A stretch of DNA of 27,711 nucleotides from a virus. The notes beneath the pieces were generated by a model. That model searched no databases, had not been told where the DNA came from, and was given only the letters and a program-made list of their open reading frames with translations. Positions 8,915 through 15,653 of this stretch are shown here, piece by piece. The position numbers were made by a program, and so were the translations under genes. The stretch is from UHGV virus genome UHGV-0119636; one strand, given 5' to 3'. Numbering within the stretch: the first letter of the stretch is position 1; each line of letters opens with the position of its first letter.

Positions 8915-9118
8915 CTATTTCAGGACCTCAAATTTCTCTTTTTTATTTTTCTTGATTTTATTCTCAACGGATTCTTTCCATTGATTCGCTTTAGTTGCCA
9001 CTGCCTGTCTGACTTCTGGAATAGCAAGTGCCGAACCGACAACCGTTACTGCCGGCACAACAATCTGTCCAATCCAAAGTCTTACTTCTCTCATAGCATC
9101 AATATTTTTGCGTTTCAT
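8915..9118 (-). CDS. Small membrane protein, 67 aa
   Basis: SD AAAGGAGGA; hydrophobic IGQIVVPAVTVVGSALAI; a hairpin overlaps the stop. Confidence 0.5.
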   Translation of the reverse strand: MKRKNIDAMREVRLWIGQIVVPAVTVVGSALAIPEVRQAVATKANQWKESVENKIKKNKKEKFEVLK

Positions 9119-9150
9119 AGTTTTATCCTCCTTTAAAAATATAATCTTTT

Positions 9151-9177
9151 CATTAAAGGCGTTGTTTATTTAGCGAG
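9151..9177 (-). promoter_or_regulatory. Conserved promoter/operator-like element, copy n
   Basis: Plus strand cattaaaggcgttgtttatttagcgag. Confidence 0.5.
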
Positions 9178-9352
9178 TGTAATGGATATGCTCATTGTTT
9201 AATTCGTCGAGATGTTTAATAAAATCTAAATATCTTTTATTTCGTCTATTCTCCACAAAGTTTATAACTAACCAAGCAATCCCTACGATAGGCAAGCCAA
9301 CGAATACTAATAGAAATAGTAAGCATGTAATCATAGAAACAAGCGTATTCAT
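9170..9352 (-). CDS. Small membrane protein, 60 aa
   Basis: Internal ATG at 9352 has strong SD GAAAGGAGA; hydrophobic ITCLLFLLVFVGLPIVGIAWLVI; coupled to the upstream paralog gene. Confidence 0.5.
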   Translation of the reverse strand: MNTLVSMITCLLFLLVFVGLPIVGIAWLVINFVENRRNKRYLDFIKHLDELNNEHIHYTR

Positions 9353-9365
9353 AAATCTTCTCCTT

Positions 9366-10133
9366 TCAATACTCTTCGTAATCAATGAACGGCTCTGTGA
9401 AATCTACAATATAACATTCAATACCGTCGTCCATTTCTACTTTTGTATGGTGGAAATATAGCCAACCATCCCAGTACATTTCATACATCTGAGCTGCGGA
9501 CCAACCCATAAATTCACCGTAATCCTGTCGATCAATCTCTAGTAAATCGTAATAATCGTTTAAAGATGCACCACCGGATTGAGATAGCATTTTATTAATC
9601 TCATACTCTGCTCTCAATTGAGTTTCTTTCGTCACACGGTAATAACGTTTGGAATATTCATCGTAGAATAGTGTTTTGCCATCCTCGTATTCGTCGTCAT
9701 ATTCTTCTTTGTCTTCTTCCTCGTAATGGTCTTTTGCTACAGCAGCACGAATGAGTTTGTCTCCGTCTTCACCATATAACTTTTTAACTTTGTTTTTGTA
9801 CTCTTTGTGAGTTTGGTCTAGTAAGGCATAAGCAGATGCGATGGCTGCTTGGGAATGTTTGTTTAATAGATTCGCGCCAAATATGCAAGCTAGGGTTCCT
9901 GTTCCAATCAATAAGGAAGGAATATATGTTGGTCCTGCTACTCGAATAGTCTCCCATTTTGTTAATTCATCTCCTTTCTCTTCTTCAGCTAGTTCAATAA
10001 GTTCCATTGCTTTCGGAGTAGCTTTAACCGCCATTACAGCTGTACCTACCACTCCGGCAGCTCCTAATACTGTTAATATAGTAGAGCTGTTTTTCTTTAC
10101 GAATCTTTTCGAAACTGTTAGTAAGTCATTCAT
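9366..10133 (-). CDS. Two-helix membrane protein, paralog family member B, 255 aa
   Basis: ATG at 10133 with SD GGAG 10 nt upstream (ORF-track start at 10142 is GTG); N-terminus SSTILTVLGAAGVVGTAVMAVKATPKAMELIE; conserved C-terminal domain. Confidence 0.7.
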   Translation of the reverse strand: MNDLLTVSKRFVKKNSSTILTVLGAAGVVGTAVMAVKATPKAMELIELAEEEKGDELTKWETIRVAGPTYIPSLLIGTGTLACIFGANLLNKHSQAAIASAYALLDQTHKEYKNKVKKLYGEDGDKLIRAAVAKDHYEEEDKEEYDDEYEDGKTLFYDEYSKRYYRVTKETQLRAEYEINKMLSQSGGASLNDYYDLLEIDRQDYGEFMGWSAAQMYEMYWDGWLYFHHTKVEMDDGIECYIVDFTEPFIDYEEY

Positions 10134-10252
10134 TTCCAGCACGCTCCTTGGCGATAAATTTGGTAAAAATAAAAAGAGAAAGAAAAGAGTCAGCTTGTTG
10201 TGTAAACCAAGTCTAACTCAATTCTTTTTGTCATTATCCGAAATAACAATAT

Positions 10253-10284
10253 CCCATAACAGGTGATGTAATTTTCGCGAATCC
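10253..10284 (-). promoter_or_regulatory. Conserved promoter/operator-like element, copy c
   Basis: Plus strand cccataacaggtgatgtaattttcgcgaatcc. Confidence 0.5.
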
Positions 10285-10506
10285 CTACTGCTCAAAAAAT
10301 AAAACTACATCTACCGGATCTTTGAAGTGCTGCTCCTCCACTACTTCTTTAAATTCTTCAAATGATTCCGGTTCGTATTCTTGTAAATATAAAATCTGTT
10401 CAAGCAATCTTCCGTAAAATCCTTGAGAATTAGATAGCATTTTTACCACACCAATGACTTGTTCAACATCATAACCGTCTGCTTTCTTTTCCATAGCGTT
10501 TGCCAT
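10285..10506 (-). CDS. Small strongly acidic protein, 73 aa
   Basis: ATG at 10506 with SD AAAGGAG (track start 10515 is GTG); many Asp/Glu; no hydrophobic helix. Confidence 0.5.
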   Translation of the reverse strand: MANAMEKKADGYDVEQVIGVVKMLSNSQGFYGRLLEQILYLQEYEPESFEEFKEVVEEQHFKDPVDVVLFFEQ

Positions 10507-10682
10507 TTTGAACACTCCTTTAATTGGTTTTTGATAAAAATAAAAAGAGAATACAATGACTTCAGGGTCGGCCCAACGAAAACCGTTGCCCGGTGGGTAG
10601 CATGTTTTATTACGTTATTACGTGCCGCTACGCCTTCGTGTCTCACCACTGGATTTCCACCAGTATCTATCCATTGCTTTCT
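10507..10682 (-). other. Long GC-rich structured 5' leader between motif a and the acidic-protein gene
   Basis: About 175 nt without a convincing ORF; stem CAACG/CGTTG flanked by GGCC/CCCGG; possible 18-codon leader ORF with tandem Trp codons. Confidence 0.35.
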
Positions 10683-10714
10683 CTCATAATAGGTGATGTA
10701 ATTTTCGCGAATAG
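10683..10714 (-). promoter_or_regulatory. Conserved promoter/operator-like element, copy a
   Basis: Plus strand ctcataataggtgatgtaattttcgcgaatag. Confidence 0.5.
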
Positions 10715-10738
10715 AAAAAGAAAATGCCTAGTTTTTAA

Positions 10739-11002
10739 CTAGACAAATTCTTTAATAATTATTGTTCCACCAACTACATCGATTTTTATTTTATTCATCG
10801 CTTTCAACATACTAGCCACTTTTTGCACTGGTAACTTACTTGTGAAACCATAGAACACCAAGTCGCCCATGGTATATACATGCCCTACTGAATACTTAAC
10901 TTCAATATCGGCTGTATATTTGCCAAGGCAATCCATTGCTCCTAAATTTTTCACAACTTCGTTTTTATTCGCGCATAAAGTAATTTCATATTTAGTAAAC
11001 AT
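10739..11002 (-). CDS. Hypothetical protein, 87 aa
   Basis: SD AAGGAGG; motif b about 33 nt upstream. Confidence 0.55.
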   Translation of the reverse strand: MFTKYEITLCANKNEVVKNLGAMDCLGKYTADIEVKYSVGHVYTMGDLVFYGFTSKLPVQKVASMLKAMNKIKIDVVGGTIIIKEFV

Positions 11003-11034
11003 ATAAATTCCTCCTTATTCGATTTCATTGTTTT

Positions 11035-11067
11035 TCTCATAATAGGTGATGTAATTTTCGCGAAAAC
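11035..11067 (-). promoter_or_regulatory. Conserved promoter/operator-like element, copy b
   Basis: Plus strand tctcataataggtgatgtaattttcgcgaaaac; contains the 12-bp palindrome TTTTCGCGAAAA. Confidence 0.55.
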
Positions 11068-11085
11068 AAAAGAGAAAGGGCCCAT

Positions 11086-11223
11086 GTTACTGAGCCACTT
11101 TCGCTTTCTTATGATTTTTAACTGCTTTCTTAGAAACCTCTACTGCTTTATTCACTGCATCACTTGCCAAACTACCGACTACCAATCCGCCAGCAATCTC
11201 AATAATGTGTCTAACTAAAACAT
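11086..11223 (-). CDS. Small membrane protein, 45 aa
   Basis: Found by hand; SD AGGAGG; hydrophobic IIEIAGGLVVGSLA. Confidence 0.4.
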
Positions 11224-11258
11224 TCATTTTAGATTCCTCCTGTTAAGCAATTTATTAT

Positions 11259-11288
11259 CTTTCCATAATAGGACTTGTAATTTTCGCG
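11259..11288 (-). promoter_or_regulatory. Conserved promoter/operator-like element, copy d
   Basis: Plus strand ccataataggacttgtaattttcgcgaatt. Confidence 0.5.
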
Positions 11289-11320
11289 AATTAAAAGAAA
11301 AGACACCGTGTTTCAGGTGC

Positions 11321-11548
11321 CTAATCCTCTGAATCAACCATTTGTTCAATTTTCAGTAATACTTTCTGATCAATTTCTCCATCCGCATTGATATGAAATC
11401 GTATTTTACCATCCTTCATCTCAGCTTCTATCTCACTAATACGGATGTCTGGTTTGACTCCAATATTTTTGTATATAGCTCTAGATATAAGTTTGGCTAC
11501 CATACCTCTCATAAATCTAGTAGATAATTTAATTTTCATTTCGTCCAT
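11321..11548 (-). CDS. Hypothetical protein, 75 aa
   Basis: SD AGAAGGAGGAGG; motif e upstream. Confidence 0.55.
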   Translation of the reverse strand: MDEMKIKLSTRFMRGMVAKLISRAIYKNIGVKPDIRISEIEAEMKDGKIRFHINADGEIDQKVLLKIEQMVDSED

Positions 11549-11574
11549 AATTACCTCCTCCTTCTAGGTTGTTT

Positions 11575-11606
11575 CCTATAATAGGGGAAGTTTAAGTCGC
11601 GAAAAC
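11575..11606 (-). promoter_or_regulatory. Conserved promoter/operator-like element, copy e
   Basis: Plus strand cctataataggggaagtttaagtcgcgaaaac. Confidence 0.5.
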
Positions 11607-11634
11607 AAAAGAAAGAGCAGTGGGTGACACCGCT

Positions 11635-11742
11635 CTAACTGTTTCTCAAAAATCGAATGAGAATCCATACAAGCCATAATCCTCCGGTTGCAAATACTAA
11701 TACAAAGTCGATAAGCAATCCGAATAATCCACGCTTTTTCAT
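11635..11742 (-). CDS. Possible very small membrane peptide, 35 aa
   Basis: Found by hand; SD AAAGGAGAAG; hydrophobic GLFGLLIDFVLVFATGGLWLVWILI. Confidence 0.3.
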   Translation of the reverse strand: MKKRGLFGLLIDFVLVFATGGLWLVWILIRFLRNS

Positions 11743-11768
11743 GATTATCTTCTCCTTTCATTTTCTTT

Positions 11769-11797
11769 TCACAATAGGAGAAGTTTTTATCGCGTGC
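11769..11797 (-). promoter_or_regulatory. Conserved promoter/operator-like element, copy f
   Basis: Plus strand tcacaataggagaagtttttatcgcgtgc. Confidence 0.45.
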
Positions 11798-11845
11798 ATT
11801 ATCAGTTCCTTCAAATACAAAATAAAAGAGACCAATCGGCCTCTC

Positions 11846-11995
11846 TTACATGTTTCGTTTAGAAAGTTCTTCTGCTACCTTCTTTGCAATCTTTTCATCC
11901 AATAACTTATCTGTACTTTGTTTCCCTGCGAATGTTAATCCCGCACTAACAATAGCTGTTATAAGCTTTGCAATTCTAATTACTTTTGGTGACAT
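11846..11995 (-). CDS. Small protein, 49 aa
   Basis: Found by hand; SD AAAGGAGG; hydrophobic IAKLITAIVSAGLTFAG. Confidence 0.4.
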   Translation of the reverse strand: MSPKVIRIAKLITAIVSAGLTFAGKQSTDKLLDEKIAKKVAEELSKRNM

Positions 11996-12010
11996 AAATA
12001 TACCTCCTTT

Positions 12011-12038
12011 CTATAATAGAAGAGGTTTAAATCGCGCG
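12011..12038 (-). promoter_or_regulatory. Conserved promoter/operator-like element, copy g
   Basis: Plus strand ctataatagaagaggtttaaatcgcgcg. Confidence 0.45.
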
Positions 12039-12386
12039 TCTATCGAAGCAAGTTTCCCATCGTTCTCGCTTAACTGGCTTCATTTTCATAGTCCACATCA
12101 TTTGTCGGACCGTTACGGTGGGATATAAACCGTTCTCAGGTTCTCCCGATCTATCCTCGAAGAACTCCAGGAATCTTTCATGTAAATATAAAGTGTCTGT
12201 CAGCCACGGATCAATCTCGCCCCACCAGGTATTTTTCGTCGCTGGATCATATCGCTGCTGAATAACAGCTAGTCCTTTTCGTCCCATTTTGAATAAAGTA
12301 CATTTACTGTAAACTGGATGATCACATTCATAAGTTTCTCCGTACATCGATACATAAACTTTTGGCTTTTCGTAGTGATAACGCAT
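12027..12386 (-). CDS. Hypothetical protein, 119 aa
   Basis: SD GAAAGGA; a diverged motif-like element lies upstream (about 12411-12445). Confidence 0.6.
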   Translation of the reverse strand: MRYHYEKPKVYVSMYGETYECDHPVYSKCTLFKMGRKGLAVIQQRYDPATKNTWWGEIDPWLTDTLYLHERFLEFFEDRSGEPENGLYPTVTVRQMMWTMKMKPVKRERWETCFDRRAI

Positions 12387-12480
12387 ATTACTATTATCCT
12401 TTCTTTAACTTTAGTTATATAACTTTTGTTTAAACTCTCGCGTTAGGAAATATAAAAGAAGAAAAAAAAAGAAAAGACTA

Positions 12481-12560
12481 TGGGAATAGCGCGGGATTCG
12501 AACCCACGACGTTGAGTTTCCTCTTATTCTTCCATTAGAACTAACCGTCTTAACTATTCC
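12481..12560 (-). tRNA. tRNA-like gene with non-canonical body, possibly a Ser-type or degenerate tRNA
   Basis: Canonical T-arm GTGGG-TTCGAAT-CCCGC and 7-bp acceptor GGAATAG/CTATTCC, about 80 nt; no canonical D-arm or 17-nt anticodon arm found by hand; a GAGGAAACTC hairpin could be a variable arm. Confidence 0.45.
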
Positions 12561-12607
12561 AGAGACTTCTTCCGATATATTGCTATACGGGAATTGTTCT
12601 CTTCTTT

Positions 12608-12638
12608 TCTATAATAGGAAATGTTTATTTAGCGAAAG
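12608..12638 (-). promoter_or_regulatory. Conserved promoter/operator-like element, copy h (upstream of the tRNA-like gene)
   Basis: Plus strand tctataataggaaatgtttatttagcgaaag. Confidence 0.5.
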
Positions 12639-12679
12639 AAAATAGCCCAGGCGTTTAACCCGAGCTAATTCTCTTAAAC

Positions 12680-13048
12680 TTATTCGTTACCATTGAGTTT
12701 CTCAATAGCTTCAACCTTCCTGCTGTCAAACATCGTAGAATTTACAATACTCATCACAGCTTTGTAATATGTTTTCGGCTGATCCTTCTTGAGCAACTCT
12801 ATCGCCTGAACTTTACGACTATCAAACATGCTGCTGTTCATTATCGAAGCTACCGCACTGTCATAATCTGCTGTGCTAAATATATCCGCTAATAAATCAA
12901 CTTCATATGTGTCCTGTTTTCGTTTCTTTTCACGCAATACAACTGCCACAATTGGAATCGCAATACCAATCCCATTTGCTACATATTCTGTGATTTTCCA
13001 TAAACTCTCTTTTGTTTTCTCGCTAGTTAAAACTTCTTTGATTTTCAT
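12680..13048 (-). CDS. Membrane protein with two internal ~30-aa repeats, 122 aa
   Basis: SD AGGAGG; hydrophobic IGIAIPIVAVVL; repeats SIMNSSMFDSRKVQAIELLKKDQ and SIVNSTMFDSRKVEAIEKLNGNE. Confidence 0.6.
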   Translation of the reverse strand: MKIKEVLTSEKTKESLWKITEYVANGIGIAIPIVAVVLREKKRKQDTYEVDLLADIFSTADYDSAVASIMNSSMFDSRKVQAIELLKKDQPKTYYKAVMSIVNSTMFDSRKVEAIEKLNGNE

Positions 13049-13073
13049 ATCAATAACCTCCTATAAGTTTATT

Positions 13074-13106
13074 CTCATAACAGGCGTTGTAATAATAGCG
13101 AAAAAG
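13074..13106 (-). promoter_or_regulatory. Conserved promoter/operator-like element, copy i
   Basis: Plus strand ctcataacaggcgttgtaataatagcgaaaaag. Confidence 0.5.
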
Positions 13107-13148
13107 AAGAGCCTAAGTCATTTCGACTCAAGCCCTTCCATTTTGAAA

Positions 13149-13532
13149 TTACTTTTTTGGGAGTAACTTCTGAATGAATCCTCGACCCATTATTGTTGTG
13201 ATGGTTCCAGTCTCTTCGAATTTGATAGACTTGATTGTGCCCCAGATAGTAACCGCTGTCGGTATAACAATACCCGCTCCTGTTAAGCAATTCTTAACAA
13301 CTCGATCTTTTCGTTCATCTTTAAGCTGCTCTGCTCTTAATTCAGCATCAACATTTTGCTGATCCTTTTTAAGTTCTTGTTCAGCCTTAATTTTCTCAAG
13401 TTCGATTGCTCGATCACATAACTTTGTCAGGCCGTCTACCGTATTTTTGTACTTATCTGTACCTACTTCAAGTTTTCCTAACTCTTCGAATTCGTCCTGA
13501 ATCTCATCTTTTAATAATGTTTCAATACTCAT
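13149..13532 (-). CDS. Coiled-coil protein with C-terminal hydrophobic helix, 127 aa
   Basis: Track start 13562 is the ATG inside motif j; the real start is the ATG at 13532 after SD AAGGAGG. Confidence 0.55.
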   Translation of the reverse strand: MSIETLLKDEIQDEFEELGKLEVGTDKYKNTVDGLTKLCDRAIELEKIKAEQELKKDQQNVDAELRAEQLKDERKDRVVKNCLTGAGIVIPTAVTIWGTIKSIKFEETGTITTIMGRGFIQKLLPKK

Positions 13533-13556
13533 TTTGAACTCCTCCTTATATTCGTA

Positions 13557-13588
13557 TTTCATAATAGGGAATGTTATTTTTGCGACAG
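13557..13588 (-). promoter_or_regulatory. Conserved promoter/operator-like element, copy j
   Basis: Plus strand tttcataatagggaatgttatttttgcgacag. Confidence 0.5.
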
Positions 13589-13783
13589 ATCTACTCTAAG
13601 CATTACGTGTTTATCTTTTCGTAGCTTATATGCCTTACCACTATCTATTTCTAAAAATAAATACGGTGCTGAGTCTGGATCTGAGCTGTCTACTTTCAGT
13701 GTGCCGATTGGCTTTTTTACTAAGAGTGTCGTTGCCACAACTGCACCTATCAGCATACCTACTAATAAAAATAAAAGTTCCAC
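13574..13783 (-). CDS. Small membrane protein, 69 aa, GTG start
   Basis: SD AAAGGAGGAAG before the internal GTG at 13783 (track start 13849 has no SD); hydrophobic LLFLLVGMLIGAVVATTLLV. Confidence 0.45.
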   Translation of the reverse strand: MELLFLLVGMLIGAVVATTLLVKKPIGTLKVDSSDPDSAPYLFLEIDSGKAYKLRKDKHVMLRVDLSQK

Positions 13784-13943
13784 TACGCTACTTCCTCCTT
13801 TCTTCAATAGAATTGTTTTATCGAAAACTCCCTCCCGGGAAATTTTCACTTTAGAATTTTAATATTGTTTCCTGTCACCTATGTACGGAATATCTATTCT
13901 AGATTAGAGTTTGTTTTAATCTAGGTTAAAGAAAAAAGAGAGC

Positions 13944-14180
13944 CTAAGCCCTCTTATCTGTCATAAAACTTGGTAACTGAAGTTCTGGTTTATAAGTCAT
14001 TAACTCTGCTTCATATAGCCTCATGATAATAGCTATCTCATCTTCATGAATACTTTTTATCAACTTAAAGACTTTATCATAATCAACATCTGATTTATTC
14101 TTCATTTGACAAATATAATCCACGAGTCTGGTATACTTATCATCCGCAGTTCCTATCATTGCCGCAAATTTAACTTCCAT
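13944..14180 (-). CDS. Hypothetical protein, 78 aa
   Basis: SD AAGGAGGA; motif k upstream. Confidence 0.55.
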   Translation of the reverse strand: MEVKFAAMIGTADDKYTRLVDYICQMKNKSDVDYDKVFKLIKSIHEDEIAIIMRLYEAELMTYKPELQLPSFMTDKRA

Positions 14181-14213
14181 AATTTATCCTCCTTAAATTT
14201 AAAGTTTTATGTT

Positions 14214-14246
14214 TCTATAAAGTAGTATGTATTTTTGGCGAAAAAG
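14214..14246 (-). promoter_or_regulatory. Conserved promoter/operator-like element, copy k
   Basis: Plus strand tctataaagtagtatgtatttttggcgaaaaag. Confidence 0.45.
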
Positions 14247-14261
14247 AAAAGAAGAGACCGA

Positions 14262-14462
14262 TTAGGCCTCCTCTTTAAATAACTCAGGGTATTTCTCCAT
14301 CAGTTCTTTTCTGTCTCGTTCAATGTCTTTTTCTATATGCTCGATTTCTGCTTCCAATTTACCTGTGCTTTTACCTAAACGGTAACCCAGATAAGATCCT
14401 ACAGCATAAACCAATCCGGCATATAAACCAAAACCTAAACCAGCTTTTAAATTAGCTTTCAT
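14262..14462 (-). CDS. Small membrane protein with glycine-zipper helix, 66 aa
   Basis: SD AGGAG; GLGFGLYAGLVYAVGSYLGY; imperfect terminator hairpin overlaps the stop. Confidence 0.5.
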   Translation of the reverse strand: MKANLKAGLGFGLYAGLVYAVGSYLGYRLGKSTGKLEAEIEHIEKDIERDRKELMEKYPELFKEEA

Positions 14463-14486
14463 GATAGATCACTCCTATAATTTATT

Positions 14487-14516
14487 CTCATAATAGGCGT
14501 TGTTTTAGTCGCGATC
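14487..14516 (-). promoter_or_regulatory. Conserved promoter/operator-like element, copy l
   Basis: Plus strand ctcataataggcgttgttttagtcgcgatc. Confidence 0.5.
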
Positions 14517-14693
14517 ATCAAACGGTACTTCTATGTTTTCAATCTCGTCAGAAATAATCTCCCCGTCACCGATAAGTAGTTCTCTTTTGTTTATTTGATT
14601 AACGCTAGTTCGATATATACCCTCAGCTACTGCTAGTCCGATAAATGTACTTACTCCCCAAAGAATTCCTTTGATTAATTTATTAGTATCCAT
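14505..14693 (-). CDS. Small membrane protein, 62 aa
   Basis: Internal ATG at 14693 after AGAGGAAAA; hydrophobic GILWGVSTFIGLAVAEGI; its stop lies inside motif l. Confidence 0.45.
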   Translation of the reverse strand: MDTNKLIKGILWGVSTFIGLAVAEGIYRTSVNQINKRELLIGDGEIISDEIENIEVPFDDRD

Positions 14694-14773
14694 TTTGAAT
14701 TTTCCTCTCATGATATATTCTCTATTGGAAATCAAAAGGAAGAGTATCTGCATAGATACCCGCCTTTTTGTTT

Positions 14774-14989
14774 TTAATTATTGCTTGTGGTCCAACCCAT
14801 GTTGTTCTGTGTGAATGAGTTGTTAATGCCGTTGATAGTTCTTACTCTATCCTCGTACAATGAATTGTCGCTAATGATGCTAACTCCGAATTTCCATTTG
14901 AAGTCTGGAATTTCGTTAGCTGCTTTCATAGCTTCATCCCATTTCTCAAGGAAGACTTCTATCGCATATCCTCTCTCTACACTATCCAT
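14774..14989 (-). CDS. Hypothetical protein, 71 aa
   Basis: SD AGGAGGG; motif m upstream. Confidence 0.5.
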   Translation of the reverse strand: MDSVERGYAIEVFLEKWDEAMKAANEIPDFKWKFGVSIISDNSLYEDRVRTINGINNSFTQNNMGWTTSNN

Positions 14990-15016
14990 GTCGTTACCCT
15001 CCTTTATAATAATTTT

Positions 15017-15046
15017 CTATAAAGGAGCGTGTAATTTTCGCGAATA
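15017..15046 (-). promoter_or_regulatory. Conserved promoter/operator-like element, copy m
   Basis: Plus strand ctataaaggagcgtgtaattttcgcgaata. Confidence 0.5.
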
Positions 15047-15092
15047 TCTAATCCCGTGCATTAATCAACTTCAGATTCTCACTTCGTTCTAA

Positions 15093-15512
15093 TCAATCCC
15101 TAGCATTCGATAGCAGCCAAAAGAACCTTCTGTACCTGTCGTAATACATGTCTCTACCGCACGGAATATCTAACTTTGACCGCAGGTAAGTATACGATAA
15201 ACCCTCTGTAACCGCTTTTAAAATGTAATCGTACAAATAACGGTCTGCATCCAAAGCTATCCTCTCGATTAGATCGATTTTCTCTTTATAATAAGCTCTC
15301 AAGATTGCTCTCTTACCTGTTGGATCACCAGGCATATTGCTCGTTGGGATTTTCTCGATCATGGATAACGGTACAGAATGATCGTTAAAAGCAGCATAAG
15401 CACTCTTCCATATCGGATACTGTAAACAAAAATGTTTTAGTTCGTAATATCGATGTTTGCTAATCCAGTATTTGTTGTTCTCAGACAGCTCTGGACGTAT
15501 TCTTGTTGCCAT
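15093..15512 (-). CDS. Putative transcriptional regulator, RinA/ArpU-like, 139 aa
   Basis: Third gene of the Cro-like operon; ELKHFCLQYP and the basic C-terminus loosely recall phage RinA/ArpU activators (weak, from memory). Confidence 0.4.
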   Translation of the reverse strand: MATRIRPELSENNKYWISKHRYYELKHFCLQYPIWKSAYAAFNDHSVPLSMIEKIPTSNMPGDPTGKRAILRAYYKEKIDLIERIALDADRYLYDYILKAVTEGLSYTYLRSKLDIPCGRDMYYDRYRRFFWLLSNARD

Positions 15513-15651
15513 TTTGATTTTTCTCCTTCAATTTATTCTTCCTGCATTTATCTGCTTTCTTCATAAATTTAACAGTGGCTTTTTCCAACTTCTCTCTATC
15601 AACTTCTCCATAAACATTAACGATAGCATTCTTATAACGGTATGTTTCCAT
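15481..15651 (-). CDS. Possible small basic protein, 56 aa
   Basis: Found by hand between the Cro-like gene and the 139-aa gene; stop overlaps the next start. Confidence 0.3.
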   Translation of the reverse strand: METYRYKNAIVNVYGEVDREKLEKATVKFMKKADKCRKNKLKEKNQNGNKNTSRAV

Positions 15652-15653
15652 CA

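Noticed and set aside
10443-10689. ORFs 10443-10649 (minus) and 10459-10689 (plus)
   Set aside because: They overlap the leader and the promoter motif, lack ribosome-binding sites, and one overlaps the better-supported acidic-protein gene.
11576-11761. Minus-strand ORF of 61 aa
   Set aside because: Its start lies upstream of the only Shine-Dalgarno sequence; a 35-aa ORF in another frame starting at 11742 fits the SD and motif f better.
13075-13290. Minus-strand ORF of 71 aa
   Set aside because: It overlaps motif i and the 3' end of the 127-aa gene in another frame and has no ribosome-binding site.
7048-15046. CRISPR array or integron-like cassette array as an explanation for the 17 repeats
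   Set aside because: Repeat spacing is irregular (about 200-900 bp) and follows gene length; each copy sits at a fixed distance upstream of an RBS with a -10-like end; no cas or integron integrase genes are present. A promoter/operator reading fits better, though a recombination role is not fully excluded.
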